Notes: generated by a model not told the origin, from the letters alone. DNA of 64,000 nucleotides from a virus (IMGVR_UViG_3300006155_000002); one strand, 5' to 3'; shown: positions 28,829-38,160, counted from the stretch's first letter. Numbers and translations: made by a program.

Positions 28829-29752
28829 TCAGGTGAACACTGCCTTCCAGCAGGCGTAGTCATCAAGCAAATCTCTCTTGATATAACCAGCCACCTTACC
28901 TCGTGTATAATTGTTATGGTATTCGCTCTTTCTGTTGATAACCTGTTCTGCTATGAAGCTATCAAAGTTTACTGGCTCTCCCATTCGTTCCGCCTCGTAC
29001 GCCCTATAGAACATACCGGACATACGGATTTTATTGTAAGTCAACTCAATGTCGCTATTCTTAAAGGCTTTCTGTATGAAACTCTTTGCGGTCGCTATCT
29101 TTACTTGTCCTGAGCGTATGCCGCGCATCAAATACTCACCCGGAAAACGGCTTCGCATCTGCGGCCCTTTCTTATAGTTCGGGTTCTCATATTTGAACTC
29201 CGTTGCTTCGCACGCTACCCGAAATGCTGGTATCGACTCCCTGTAGATTTCGTAAGATTTCCCGGCGTGTTCGATTAACATAGAAGTGAAGTCCACCTCA
29301 TCAACCCTGACCTCTAATGGCTCATGTTCATCGAACCCAGCAAATGACATCCATAGATAGCATCTATAGATGCAGTCCACAGTTTTACTTTCCACAGGCG
29401 GGAACGCTTCATCAAGGACAGCTTGTAAGTGCTTTGGAGAAGCTACCATATAGCGCTTCATCTTTTCGTCCATCTGCGCTTTGACGTTATAGATGCCGTC
29501 ATTAGTTCGATGTCCCTGTTCCTTGCACCACAACACATACATTCGTAGAAACGCGATTGTTTTGTCAACTGACCTCGTCCTGGCACCGAAGTTCTTGTTC
29601 ATAATGTCCTGTAGCGCTTCTGCCTGAAACTCGCATAGATCCTTCCCGGCCTCAATCTCATACGGTTCTGTAGTTCGGAATACAGACTTCCCGAAATCTT
29701 CCGAGTTTCGTGTTTCTTCTATGAATTGCATCTTACGATCTTCGTTATACAT
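28829..29752 (-). CDS. MrpR/YopR-like repressor (degenerate tyrosine-recombinase fold)
   Basis: MYNEDRKMQFI...E...GKDLCEF N-terminus; IRMSG motif; lacks the canonical R/HxxR catalytic set. Confidence 0.7.
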   Translation of the reverse strand: MYNEDRKMQFIEETRNSEDFGKSVFRTTEPYEIEAGKDLCEFQAEALQDIMNKNFGARTRSVDKTIAFLRMYVLWCKEQGHRTNDGIYNVKAQMDEKMKRYMVASPKHLQAVLDEAFPPVESKTVDCIYRCYLWMSFAGFDEHEPLEVRVDEVDFTSMLIEHAGKSYEIYRESIPAFRVACEATEFKYENPNYKKGPQMRSRFPGEYLMRGIRSGQVKIATAKSFIQKAFKNSDIELTYNKIRMSGMFYRAYEAERMGEPVNFDSFIAEQVINRKSEYHNNYTRGKVAGYIKRDLLDDYACWKAVFT

Positions 29753-29761
29753 GATGACCTC

Positions 29762-30196
29762 CTATGCTGCGCCATTCAGTCTGACTGATTTCCGCCAGAC
29801 CTCAAGAAGTTCTGTCTCATCCAAGAAGGCGATTGCTGCCGTTGCTATCAAACTTGCTTTCGCAATCTGCTTCATGTACTCGTCGGATAGCTTGGTGATG
29901 AATCCACCAATTCGCCGCTTAGACATCTTTTCTGGATTTTCGCACAGAACCATACTGTCTTTCGGAATTCCGGTATCTTCAGCCGTTACGAGGACATGGG
30001 TAGGTTGTCCGACCTTCTTAAGTACCTTGGTCATAGGAAGTGCAATCACGTTTGGGCTATGTGCATTACCCACGTTGTTCTGGAACACCACGCCTGGTCT
30101 CCACCCGTTTTGCTCATTTCCACTACCTTCAAACTTCATGTAGTAGACTTCCCCAATCAGAGGGGAAACACGCTCTGTCTGACGAGTCTCGCTCAT
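29762..30196 (-). CDS. PemK/MazF-family endoribonuclease
   Basis: GEVYY...GNEQNGWRPGVVFQNNVGNAHSPNVIALPMT...DSMVLCE. Confidence 0.9.
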   Translation of the reverse strand: MSETRQTERVSPLIGEVYYMKFEGSGNEQNGWRPGVVFQNNVGNAHSPNVIALPMTKVLKKVGQPTHVLVTAEDTGIPKDSMVLCENPEKMSKRRIGGFITKLSDEYMKQIAKASLIATAAIAFLDETELLEVWRKSVRLNGAA

Positions 30197-30231
30197 ATCT
30201 CAGTCCCTCTCTTTTTTTATTTTATGGTCTG

Positions 30232-30260
30232 ATTATACCATATCCGAGAGAGAAAGTCAA
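30232..30260 (-). promoter_or_regulatory. sigmaA promoter for the mazF-mrpR-like operon
   Basis: TTGACT-17 bp-TATAAT with extended TG. Confidence 0.85.
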
Positions 30261-30282
30261 TAATTTTTTTCGCACAATTTTT

Positions 30283-30591
30283 TTAGGCGCAATTCAGGAT
30301 GAATTTCATCGGCGTTGGGTCATTGGAGAACGAAAAATCGTTGCAAAGGAATATGTAAGACTGATAGCCTTCGGTTCTACCACGCTTTTTGATTGCTTGA
30401 ATATGACTGAGACACAGACAATCATTACTGTTTTTCAAGGCGAGATATGGAGACGCGGATAGGATGACAGAGGCATGGTCAAATTGGGTTGAAAATGAAA
30501 TCGGGCTAAGGGGATCATCAAACAATAGTTGAAATCTATTATAGGCCCCAATTTCTAAACGGAACTGACCAAGAGACATATTTGCTTGCAT
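30283..30591 (-). CDS. Hypothetical protein, first gene of the leftward early transcript
   Basis: GGGAGG SD. Confidence 0.65.
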   Translation of the reverse strand: MQANMSLGQFRLEIGAYNRFQLLFDDPLSPISFSTQFDHASVILSASPYLALKNSNDCLCLSHIQAIKKRGRTEGYQSYIFLCNDFSFSNDPTPMKFILNCA

Positions 30592-30612
30592 AGAGTACCT
30601 CCCGAAAAATGA

Positions 30613-30641
30613 TTGATTTTGCGGGAACCTCGTGCTATACT
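30613..30641 (+). promoter_or_regulatory. sigmaA promoter for a small RNA
   Basis: TTGATT-17 bp-TATACT with extended TG. Confidence 0.7.
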
Positions 30642-30647
30642 ACAACC

Positions 30648-30768
30648 GTCAGACCATATTTGCGGTATGATCTGACCGTAGCATTACGCTGCGCCCGCCC
30701 TTGGTTTGGTGTGTCCCTTTCCGGCGGGAGAAGAAGTGGATGTCTTACGGCATCCGCTTCTTTCTTTT
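30648..30768 (+). ncRNA. Candidate ~120-nt small RNA
   Basis: Own promoter; hairpins GTCAGACCATA/TATGATCTGAC and CCCGCC/GGCGGG; terminator AAGAAGTGGATGTC/GGCATCCGCTTCTT+T with G-U pairs valid on + strand. Confidence 0.6.
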
Positions 30769-30780
30769 GCGCAAAGGAAC

Positions 30781-30814
30781 TTGACACACAGGCCGTTTTA
30801 TGGTAACCTGTGTG
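30781..30814 (+). promoter_or_regulatory. Repressor promoter with overlapping operator-like palindrome
   Basis: TTGACA-17-TAACCT; CACACAGG-14-CCTGTGTG perfect inverted repeat. Confidence 0.65.
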
Positions 30815-30838
30815 CATAACAAGTTGTTTGTGTAAGAA

Positions 30839-30867
30839 AAGATAGCACAAACGCCCTGTTATGTCAA
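30839..30867 (-). promoter_or_regulatory. Leftward (lytic) promoter facing the repressor promoter
   Basis: TTGACA-17-TATCTT with extended TG on - strand. Confidence 0.65.
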
Positions 30868-30894
30868 GACCAATTTTTTTGGGGAGAGATACAC

Positions 30895-31677
30895 ATGGAC
30901 TTCAACGAGAACCTAAAAGCAATCAGAATAGATAGGGGTATTACACAGAAGTCCCTTAGTCAAAGTATAGGTGTAACACCTGTTACGATAGGAAACTGGG
31001 AGAGAGGAGTAAGGCAGCCATCTTTCGATCTCTTGATTCGGCTTGCTGATACGCTGAGTACAAGCACAGATGAGCTTCTTGGGCGGCACTCTACTAAATC
31101 AATCATTATGGACACCACATCTGAATCGCTGATTAGAAAGTATAAAACGCTGGACTCACATGGCCGTAAACTGGTTGAAGCTGTATGCATGATGGAGTAC
31201 GAGCGTGTGAACCATGATGCAAAAGTAATCAAACTTCCTGTTTATGACAGTGAGCAACGTGTGTCGAGGAACAGATATATTCCACGTTACCTATCTCCTC
31301 CAGCCGCCGGATTTGGTACTCCGCTTGAGGGAGAAGACTTCGAAATGATTCGTGTAGATGATAGTATCCCAGAAGACGCCGACTACGCAGTCTGTATATC
31401 TGGAGACAGTATGGAGCCTTACATCCATGATGGAGAACTTGTATTTGTCAAAGAAGTAACTGATTTGGATGAGGGCGATATAGGAATTTTTAGTGTAAAC
31501 GGAGAAATGTACTGCAAACAATATCATATGGATGAAGAACGAAATCTCCATCTTCTGTCTGCGAATCCAAACAGATCTGACGCCAGCGTACACGTCTCTT
31601 ATGATGGCGGATATACAGTACGTTGTTGTGGAAAAGTTCTGATAGATTTTAGTATTCCATTGCCGGATGATATCTGA
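30895..31677 (+). CDS. CI-like repressor (XRE HTH + S24 peptidase)
   Basis: TQKSLS..IGVT..TIGNWERG HTH; AAG cleavage site, GDSMEP, YCK. Confidence 0.92.
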   Translation: MDFNENLKAIRIDRGITQKSLSQSIGVTPVTIGNWERGVRQPSFDLLIRLADTLSTSTDELLGRHSTKSIIMDTTSESLIRKYKTLDSHGRKLVEAVCMMEYERVNHDAKVIKLPVYDSEQRVSRNRYIPRYLSPPAAGFGTPLEGEDFEMIRVDDSIPEDADYAVCISGDSMEPYIHDGELVFVKEVTDLDEGDIGIFSVNGEMYCKQYHMDEERNLHLLSANPNRSDASVHVSYDGGYTVRCCGKVLIDFSIPLPDDI

Positions 31678-31688
31678 GAGGAGAAAGT

Positions 31689-32204
31689 ATGATTAGCAAA
31701 AATAATAACTTCACAGTCTTCCTCGTACTCGCTACACTGGTTTTATTTCTGTCAGGATGCAGTTCTTCAAATACCAAATCTAATAGAAACCTTAGCTCTA
31801 TTTTTGACATCCCACTTGATTCAAGTATAGAAGAGATTATAGAGTTTGAGTTATCGTCGTATGGCAACTTTGAATATGATTTAGACACAGATGGATATGG
31901 CAGAACTGTACTTGGATTTGCCCCATATTCTTACCATGACAAAATTTACCATAAGCATAAATACTTCTTCGATCACGACACAGAACAATTACAGGTAATT
32001 GAGTATGGAACTATACAGGATATACAATGTCATGACGAATCCAATGTCTGTATTCACGTTGAAACTATAAAAGATAAAGTATCCAACTGGGATGAAATGG
32101 ATTCAAATGGTCGGATGGTAGTGTTTGGCAATATTGATGGAGTTGGATGTAAAATCGTCTATTCAGAGAGTATTGAACTCATTTCTTTCTCAATAGAAGG
32201 GTAG
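31689..32204 (+). CDS. Lipoprotein co-transcribed with the repressor
   Basis: Lipobox LSGC after a hydrophobic signal. Confidence 0.75.
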   Translation: MISKNNNFTVFLVLATLVLFLSGCSSSNTKSNRNLSSIFDIPLDSSIEEIIEFELSSYGNFEYDLDTDGYGRTVLGFAPYSYHDKIYHKHKYFFDHDTEQLQVIEYGTIQDIQCHDESNVCIHVETIKDKVSNWDEMDSNGRMVVFGNIDGVGCKIVYSESIELISFSIEG

Positions 32205-32216
32205 AGAACAAGTGTT

Positions 32217-32870
32217 CTATATCGGCATAAGGCTGCAATTTACCCAGGAATACGGGAGCCACATGAGTTTACCTGGTTGATATCGAAACTGCTCAATATC
32301 GTCCACGTCGAAATATTTCTTCGCGGGTTGGTCACACTCAAACAGCAATTGAGCATCGACACCATGATTACGAAGTTCGTCTCTGATGTAGCTCCAGAAT
32401 TCAACGACACGATCCCATTCGCTCCTGGTGCCTTGTCCTTCGCCGCGATCAAGATGAGTAATTGCGGAGAGAGCTACTTCATGGCGCAGTTTTCCACGCT
32501 TTGCAAGCATGATATCTACAGGTTCCTCCAACCTATGACAACGATATGCTTTGCGACCAATTTTCGTTTTATCCATAACACCATCATACGCCCACTCATT
32601 TGCTGACGTATAATATTTCTGGAATCGCATTTTTTGTCCAGCGTCTCGAACCTCGGCCCAAGCATTTTCCCTATGTTTAGACACGAAACTCCAGAGATCT
32701 TCCTGTGCGGCTCGATCTACAACCTGCGTCTCCCATGTATGGAGCCGCTCTGTCCAGAGCTCGCATCTCTGATCACTTGCAAGTTTGTTCACCTTTAAGT
32801 CGCCTTTGTCCACAAGTATTTTTCCAACGGAATAGGCGCCGCCAAAAAGCGCAATAAAAACATCCAACAT
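32217..32870 (-). CDS. Hypothetical protein with N-terminal membrane anchor
   Basis: MLDVFIALFGG; GGGAAG SD. Confidence 0.65.
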   Translation of the reverse strand: MLDVFIALFGGAYSVGKILVDKGDLKVNKLASDQRCELWTERLHTWETQVVDRAAQEDLWSFVSKHRENAWAEVRDAGQKMRFQKYYTSANEWAYDGVMDKTKIGRKAYRCHRLEEPVDIMLAKRGKLRHEVALSAITHLDRGEGQGTRSEWDRVVEFWSYIRDELRNHGVDAQLLFECDQPAKKYFDVDDIEQFRYQPGKLMWLPYSWVNCSLMPI

Positions 32871-32884
32871 AACTACTTCCCGCC

Positions 32885-33136
32885 TTACGCTATTGCATCA
32901 TTGATGCTTTCTTTTGCATCATCAATCTTGTCGATGGCTTCTTCCAGACTATCGATTGCGTTCTCCATGTTTTCATAGCGTTCGCTATTCTGAAGATTTT
33001 CTGGAAGATTATCAAGACATTCCTGCTCATCATTCCGTGCGTCTTGGATGATATCAATTGCACGATCAAGCAGGCCGGTTGCTTCTTTAAGAGAAGTGCG
33101 CCTTCCTTTATTCACTCGGCCACCTCCCATACACAA
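32885..33136 (-). CDS. Conserved phage helical protein
   Basis: EQECLDNLPENLQNSER motif; real start likely the GTG near 33115. Confidence 0.7.
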   Translation of the reverse strand: MCMGGGRVNKGRRTSLKEATGLLDRAIDIIQDARNDEQECLDNLPENLQNSERYENMENAIDSLEEAIDKIDDAKESINDAIA

Positions 33137-33486
33137 TTCACCCCAGCGTCAATTTGCAATCCATCGTCTGTGGTTGGCTTGATTTCAAGTACATCCACAT
33201 ACTGGAGGATATCAACGAAATCGTTCAGGGTATCCTTATACAGGTCAACGAGAGAAACCTCGATAGATACGTTTGCACGTTCAGACTCTGGATGAACATC
33301 AAAGCACCTGACCTCCCCGCCATCCTCGTCGGCAATAGCGTAGAAGAAATCATATACCTTACTAAACTTCTCCATATTGGCATGGTTCAACACGTACTTC
33401 CCGTCAAACTCTGCACATTTCTCTTCGATTTGAAGCGCAAGTTCGCGGGCGCACTTAAATGTCACACGTTCTTTCATTTCAGACAT
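33112..33486 (-). CDS. Hypothetical protein
   Basis: GGAGG SD, downstream of a promoter. Confidence 0.7.
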   Translation of the reverse strand: MSEMKERVTFKCARELALQIEEKCAEFDGKYVLNHANMEKFSKVYDFFYAIADEDGGEVRCFDVHPESERANVSIEVSLVDLYKDTLNDFVDILQYVDVLEIKPTTDDGLQIDAGVNCVWEVAE

Positions 33487-33517
33487 TTGCTATAAACCTC
33501 CGTACTATTTTGACAAT

Positions 33518-33546
33518 ATTATATCCGTTAAGCGCTTGCTTTTCAA
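33518..33546 (-). promoter_or_regulatory. sigmaA promoter
   Basis: TTGAAA-17-TATAAT. Confidence 0.7.
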
Positions 33547-33553
33547 GCCTGCA

Positions 33554-34171
33554 TCACGGCAAAACGGAACATTTCACTTCCAGCCTTACATTCGCGTCCG
33601 GGTTGATCATGGCGATGATAGAGTTTGTGATCATCTCAGGGATCAGAACACCCTCAAAGCACAGACTAAACTCAGTCATATCCATGCCGGTTGTTAGCCT
33701 GCTTTCACGCATATCCTGCACAGCAGAAGCTGCCTCAAAGGTTGGTGTAACTGGATTAGCAGCGTCATCATTGCCGGATAAAAACTTTTCAAATTCTGCA
33801 CGACATTCTTTCGGCATCCGTTTTCCACGCGAGAACTCAATTCCGATTTCCTGACTACCACAGAATCTTGTGACGGTCTGCGGCGTGATGTCAAACATCC
33901 TTGCCAAGTCAGAAGCTGTTGCGGAGTATTTATGTATCAAATCCAGAAGATACTCCTTCTGGAGATTCGCTGGAATTTGCTTAAACTCTTCCCATCCCAT
34001 CGGTTTTCCAAGCTGATAGGTCACGACTTTACCACACCTTTCCTCCCATTGCTTTCTCGTCATGCGGTCTGTTGACATAGGACACTTCCTACTTTTGCTT
34101 CCGCATTTTTTATGGGTTGCTTGACGCGCAAGACGTTTTCTTTGCAAGACTTCGTAATCGAAATCGTTCAT
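33554..34171 (-). CDS. Hypothetical protein with HTH-like segment
   Basis: DLARMFDITPQTV. Confidence 0.65.
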   Translation of the reverse strand: MNDFDYEVLQRKRLARQATHKKCGSKSRKCPMSTDRMTRKQWEERCGKVVTYQLGKPMGWEEFKQIPANLQKEYLLDLIHKYSATASDLARMFDITPQTVTRFCGSQEIGIEFSRGKRMPKECRAEFEKFLSGNDDAANPVTPTFEAASAVQDMRESRLTTGMDMTEFSLCFEGVLIPEMITNSIIAMINPDANVRLEVKCSVLP

Positions 34172-34180
34172 GTGAAAACC

Positions 34181-34597
34181 TCACTCAATCTGATAACTGT
34201 ACTTTCTCTGGGAGATGTCTTTAATAGGCTCTCCCTTTAATTTTGAAGCGTCAAAATCGTCATAGATGATTTTAGCATAGCATTCCTGTATTTTCCCTTC
34301 AACAAAGAACCGCTGCCAAAGGTCATCACTTCCTTCTCCTTCGCCATTGAGCCAGAACACTATGTCAGGGAACTTTGCTGAGAGAAGGCGCATATCATCT
34401 TCACAATCATACCATTTTGCGTTCACATAATATGAGTCCAGGACATTCCCGTCAGAGAAAATATTCATCTTCTCGATCTCTGCTTCAATTTGCTGCTGCA
34501 TGATTGGAGAGATACCATCCTCCATACCAATAATTTTTCCAGATAAATCTCTCACCGCGCTAAAAATGTTCAACGTGTAATCCGTATAGTACCCCAT
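34181..34597 (-). CDS. Conserved phage protein
   Basis: MGYYTDY...KWYD...DMRLLSAKFPD..F.L.GEGE. Confidence 0.7.
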   Translation of the reverse strand: MGYYTDYTLNIFSAVRDLSGKIIGMEDGISPIMQQQIEAEIEKMNIFSDGNVLDSYYVNAKWYDCEDDMRLLSAKFPDIVFWLNGEGEGSDDLWQRFFVEGKIQECYAKIIYDDFDASKLKGEPIKDISQRKYSYQIE

Positions 34598-34600
34598 AAT

Positions 34601-35737
34601 TCAACCTCCTCGCAATTGTTTTACAGAATCGGCTATGGCTCGTACGGCCTTGTCGATTTCCTCGCTTGTGGTGTACTTTGATACTGAAATCCTGATAGAA
34701 CTTCTTGCGTCATCGTCTGCGAGTCCCAGAGCAGACAAAACATGGCTTGGTACAGCATAGTGAGCAGAGCAGGCAGAACCAGCAGAAACTTCGATTCCCT
34801 TACTATCCAGCATTAAAAGCAGCGTTTCTCCGTCTATGCCAGCAAATCGAAGATTGATTGTCCGAGAGTTGTCGAACGGCGTACCATTGATGTATGTGTC
34901 TGGCACTTCAGATAAGATGCGATGTTTGATAGCGTTCGTCTTCATCCCGTAAGAATAGATATTTCGCAAATACGCTTGGTTGGCAATTTCTGCAGCTTGT
35001 CCCATTCCAACAATGTATGGGGTATTATGAGTACCTCCACGAAGGCCGTCTTCTTGGCTTCCGCCGAATATAACAGGGCAAAGAAGCTCTTTCGGTCTTG
35101 CGTACAGAAATCCAACACCCTTTGGAGCATGAATCTTGTGGCCTGATGCAGACAGAAAATCAATATGGGCGGCGTCTACATCAATTCGCATTCCGCAATA
35201 TGCCTGAACACAATCCGTATGAAACAAGATCGAATGTTTTTTGCAAAGCTCCCCGATTCGATAAATGTCATACTGGTTTCCGGTCTCATTGTTGACTGCC
35301 ATAATGGAAACAAGCCCGGTTTCAGGTCGAATTGCATCATAGATTTTGTCAAGTGTGATTGCACCATTTCCTTCAACTGGAACCCAGGTTACATCAAAGC
35401 CATGATAAAACAGGAGTTTTATTGCATTTATGACGGAGTGGTGTTCCACCTTAGACGTGATGATATGTGTTTTTCCTAAAGCCCTCAAATGCTCTGCGAT
35501 ACCAATGATAGCAAGCGTGTTGGCTTCTGAACCTCCGCCAGTAAAGATAATATTGTTCGGATCTGCTCTGATAGGTGCTGCTACTTGTTTTCGCGCAGTC
35601 TCTACCGCATTGCCTGCCATACGACCCATAGAATGAATGCTGCCAGGATTTCCATATATATCGGCAAAATACGGTAGCATTGCTTCCATTACTTCCGGCG
35701 AAACTTTTGTAGTAGCAGCGTTGTCTAAATAAATCAC
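34601..35737 (-). CDS. iscS: Cysteine desulfurase (IscS/NifS, DndA-like)
   Basis: YLDNAATT, GNPGSIH, HTDCVQ, SGHKIHAPKG (PLP Lys), SAGSACS (catalytic Cys); AGGAGG + GTG. Confidence 0.95.
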   Translation of the reverse strand: MIYLDNAATTKVSPEVMEAMLPYFADIYGNPGSIHSMGRMAGNAVETARKQVAAPIRADPNNIIFTGGGSEANTLAIIGIAEHLRALGKTHIITSKVEHHSVINAIKLLFYHGFDVTWVPVEGNGAITLDKIYDAIRPETGLVSIMAVNNETGNQYDIYRIGELCKKHSILFHTDCVQAYCGMRIDVDAAHIDFLSASGHKIHAPKGVGFLYARPKELLCPVIFGGSQEDGLRGGTHNTPYIVGMGQAAEIANQAYLRNIYSYGMKTNAIKHRILSEVPDTYINGTPFDNSRTINLRFAGIDGETLLLMLDSKGIEVSAGSACSAHYAVPSHVLSALGLADDDARSSIRISVSKYTTSEEIDKAVRAIADSVKQLRGG

Positions 35738-35751
35738 TAATGAACCGCCTC

Positions 35752-36288
35752 CTAAAGGAATAGTTCTTTCCACACAATGCGGCGCGCATCTCGAATCAGA
35801 TTTGACGCCCATGTTCTGCTGAATCCGAAAGCCTTTGATATTTCCGATGGACTGAATCCGTAAATATACATCTTGAGAACCTGTGCTTTCTGCTCCGGAA
35901 TCTTTTCTTCGATGGCTGGAAGGTCGCAGTCAACTTTATAATATCCGTCCTCGATACATGGCACCGTATGGCCAAATGGGATATCCATATCGGATTCTTT
36001 ATCAACGCCAACCACATAGTCCAAAGATATAACACGCGCCTTTTCTTTCTCACGATATCTTGACCGAAGCTCATTCTTAATTTCGTTTATTATGCACTTA
36101 GAGGCAAACGTAGAAAATTTGCCTCTGCTGTCATCGTAATGCTCACTGGCTTTCCATAGTCCAATCCTTCCACATTGAATGATGTCGTCGTCATTACATA
36201 GATCCGGGAAATATTTATGTACCATAAAGTACACAAGGTTTTCATTATCAATGATCCTTTGTTCAACTTCTTGTCTGGACACAAGCAT
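35752..36288 (-). CDS. Alternative sigma-70 factor (regions 2 and 4)
   Basis: NENLV..., DIIQCGRIGLWKA..YD..RGKFSTFA..CI.NEI; region 4 HTH. Confidence 0.9.
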   Translation of the reverse strand: MLVSRQEVEQRIIDNENLVYFMVHKYFPDLCNDDDIIQCGRIGLWKASEHYDDSRGKFSTFASKCIINEIKNELRSRYREKEKARVISLDYVVGVDKESDMDIPFGHTVPCIEDGYYKVDCDLPAIEEKIPEQKAQVLKMYIYGFSPSEISKAFGFSRTWASNLIRDARRIVWKELFL

Positions 36289-36301
36289 CGCTCCTTCCAG
36301 G

Positions 36302-36637
36302 TTAAACCTTCTTCAAGTCACCAATCCAAAACAACCACTTCGGTTCTGCTGTGTCCTCTGCGAAACATACCAAACTCTGCTTCAACCCTTTATCGTAGCT
36401 GACTGTAAACACCGTCTCCGCATTTTCTTCGCAAAAATTGCGGTATGCTGGTAACATTCGTTCATAATTTGGGTGCTTTCTGATAACCTCCAAGTTGAGC
36501 CGCACTTTGTCTCCTTCTTTGATTGACCAATCGCCTTCGATAACGTCCTTATATCTTTGGATGTCGCTCATGTCATTGAGAAGGTTCTTAATCTGAGTGG
36601 ATTTTGATGGATTTCGTCTCTCTTTGCGGTTCATCAT
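36302..36637 (-). CDS. Hypothetical protein
   Basis: MNRKERR start; GAGG SD. Confidence 0.7.
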   Translation of the reverse strand: MMNRKERRNPSKSTQIKNLLNDMSDIQRYKDVIEGDWSIKEGDKVRLNLEVIRKHPNYERMLPAYRNFCEENAETVFTVSYDKGLKQSLVCFAEDTAEPKWLFWIGDLKKV

Positions 36638-36643
36638 AGTACC

Positions 36644-37129
36644 TCAGTGATTATCGTTGTCGGTATGGACAATGTTGCCACGTCCAAATATGAACTCGAC
36701 AATATCTGTTCCATAGTCATCCAAAAAGTCTTGGAACGTCCGATAATCCTCATGACTTTGATGATCGATATAGCCATCGCTTGTATCAATTATGACACCG
36801 TTGCACTTAGCGTACTTTCCAATTTCCTGGCTGACACGCTTAAAATCTTTTGTTGTCATCAGCTCTTTTACATTCTCTTGCAGAGATTTTCTGCTACGAT
36901 ACCAAGTTTCCATTCCATTCTTCTCAGCAAGCATCGTCACCAAGTAAGAGAGCTTGTCCCCCTGCTCGGTATAATTCACGATCTCCCAGCCATACTCTCC
37001 AAGCTGGGTGTGAATGTATCCATCTGTCCCGATTGGCATATAATTCTGTGCCAACCCTCTATGTCGAATAGTGATCGAATGTGTACTGCTGCTGTTTGTC
37101 TCGAAAACGCTACGTCTAATTTGTTTCAT
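36644..37129 (-). CDS. Conserved phage protein (FETNSSSTHS family)
   Basis: IRRSVFETNSSSTHS; GYIDHQS; DNDN. Confidence 0.75.
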   Translation of the reverse strand: MKQIRRSVFETNSSSTHSITIRHRGLAQNYMPIGTDGYIHTQLGEYGWEIVNYTEQGDKLSYLVTMLAEKNGMETWYRSRKSLQENVKELMTTKDFKRVSQEIGKYAKCNGVIIDTSDGYIDHQSHEDYRTFQDFLDDYGTDIVEFIFGRGNIVHTDNDNH

Positions 37130-37694
37130 TTGTCCGTTCCTCCTTTGCTGTAGAAATAATTTCGTCTAATGTACGCGGTGTATAATCCATCCACGGCATC
37201 ATCGCGCCCACATTGAACATCTGGCATGGGCGGTCGTACAATTTCTCCATCAAAAACTTATCGTGTTCCATCATTTGAAACTCGAAAGAATTGTGTACGT
37301 GACCATAGAGGTGATACCAGCCATAGAAGTGGTTTTTGAAACATGGGATAGGGTAATGGCACAACACCACATTACGCCCCTCGTCTTCAATTTCCATGTA
37401 CTCCACAACCTTTGTAAATTTGTCGATGAATCGTCTGTTGTGGCAGCGATCATGATTACCCTTAATCAGGAAAATATCTCCGACCAGAGAGTCCAGCACA
37501 GGGATAGCCTTGTCTGTGTTGCACCAGAACATATCACCAAGGACATAGACGATATCTCCTGGCGTAACCACGGCATTCCATCGCCTGACAAGAGCTTCAT
37601 TCATCTGGTCGATATCCGTAAACGGCCTGTGGTCAAATGCGAGGCAATTCTTATGGTCGTAGTGCCAGTCTGCAATATAGAATTTTTTCGCCAT
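37116..37694 (-). CDS. Calcineurin-like metallophosphoesterase
   Basis: ADWH, LGD, GNHD, LCHYP, YGHVH. Confidence 0.92.
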   Translation of the reverse strand: MAKKFYIADWHYDHKNCLAFDHRPFTDIDQMNEALVRRWNAVVTPGDIVYVLGDMFWCNTDKAIPVLDSLVGDIFLIKGNHDRCHNRRFIDKFTKVVEYMEIEDEGRNVVLCHYPIPCFKNHFYGWYHLYGHVHNSFEFQMMEHDKFLMEKLYDRPCQMFNVGAMMPWMDYTPRTLDEIISTAKEERTNETN

Positions 37695-37695
37695 A

Positions 37696-38148
37696 TCAAC
37701 CGAACCCCACTACACGTAGATCATCGTCGATCATCCAGTCAATCTCCTCCGCCTTCAAATCTGTAATCTTCTGGACCGCCGCAATAATACGCTCGTGAAC
37801 CTCCTTGATACTCTTTGGCTCTGTTTCTAACATCTCCCAAGGCATAGAGGGCGGATAGTAGAAATAGTAGCTTCCCTCTCCATCACTTCCATAAGTAATA
37901 GAGTCTGTATCATCACAGTGTGTCAGAAGGTCAGCCAGATTCTCAAACGGGCCGCCGTACAGATAATCATCAATGTCAAGACTCCTAAAATCTTCAGAAG
38001 AAATCATCTGACGCAAATATTCAACGGTCGCCGTGTCATCCTCAAGCTGCTCAGCAAGAAACTGCGCCACCTTGCCCTTGTTCAACCACGGAACAAGTTT
38101 ATCTGTATCAAGCCCAATGCCTTCAATCATCCAATAGTCCATGCTCAT
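37696..38148 (-). CDS. Acidic hypothetical protein
   Basis: GGAGG SD. Confidence 0.65.
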   Translation of the reverse strand: MSMDYWMIEGIGLDTDKLVPWLNKGKVAQFLAEQLEDDTATVEYLRQMISSEDFRSLDIDDYLYGGPFENLADLLTHCDDTDSITYGSDGEGSYYFYYPPSMPWEMLETEPKSIKEVHERIIAAVQKITDLKAEEIDWMIDDDLRVVGFG

Positions 38149-38160
38149 AGCACACCCTCC

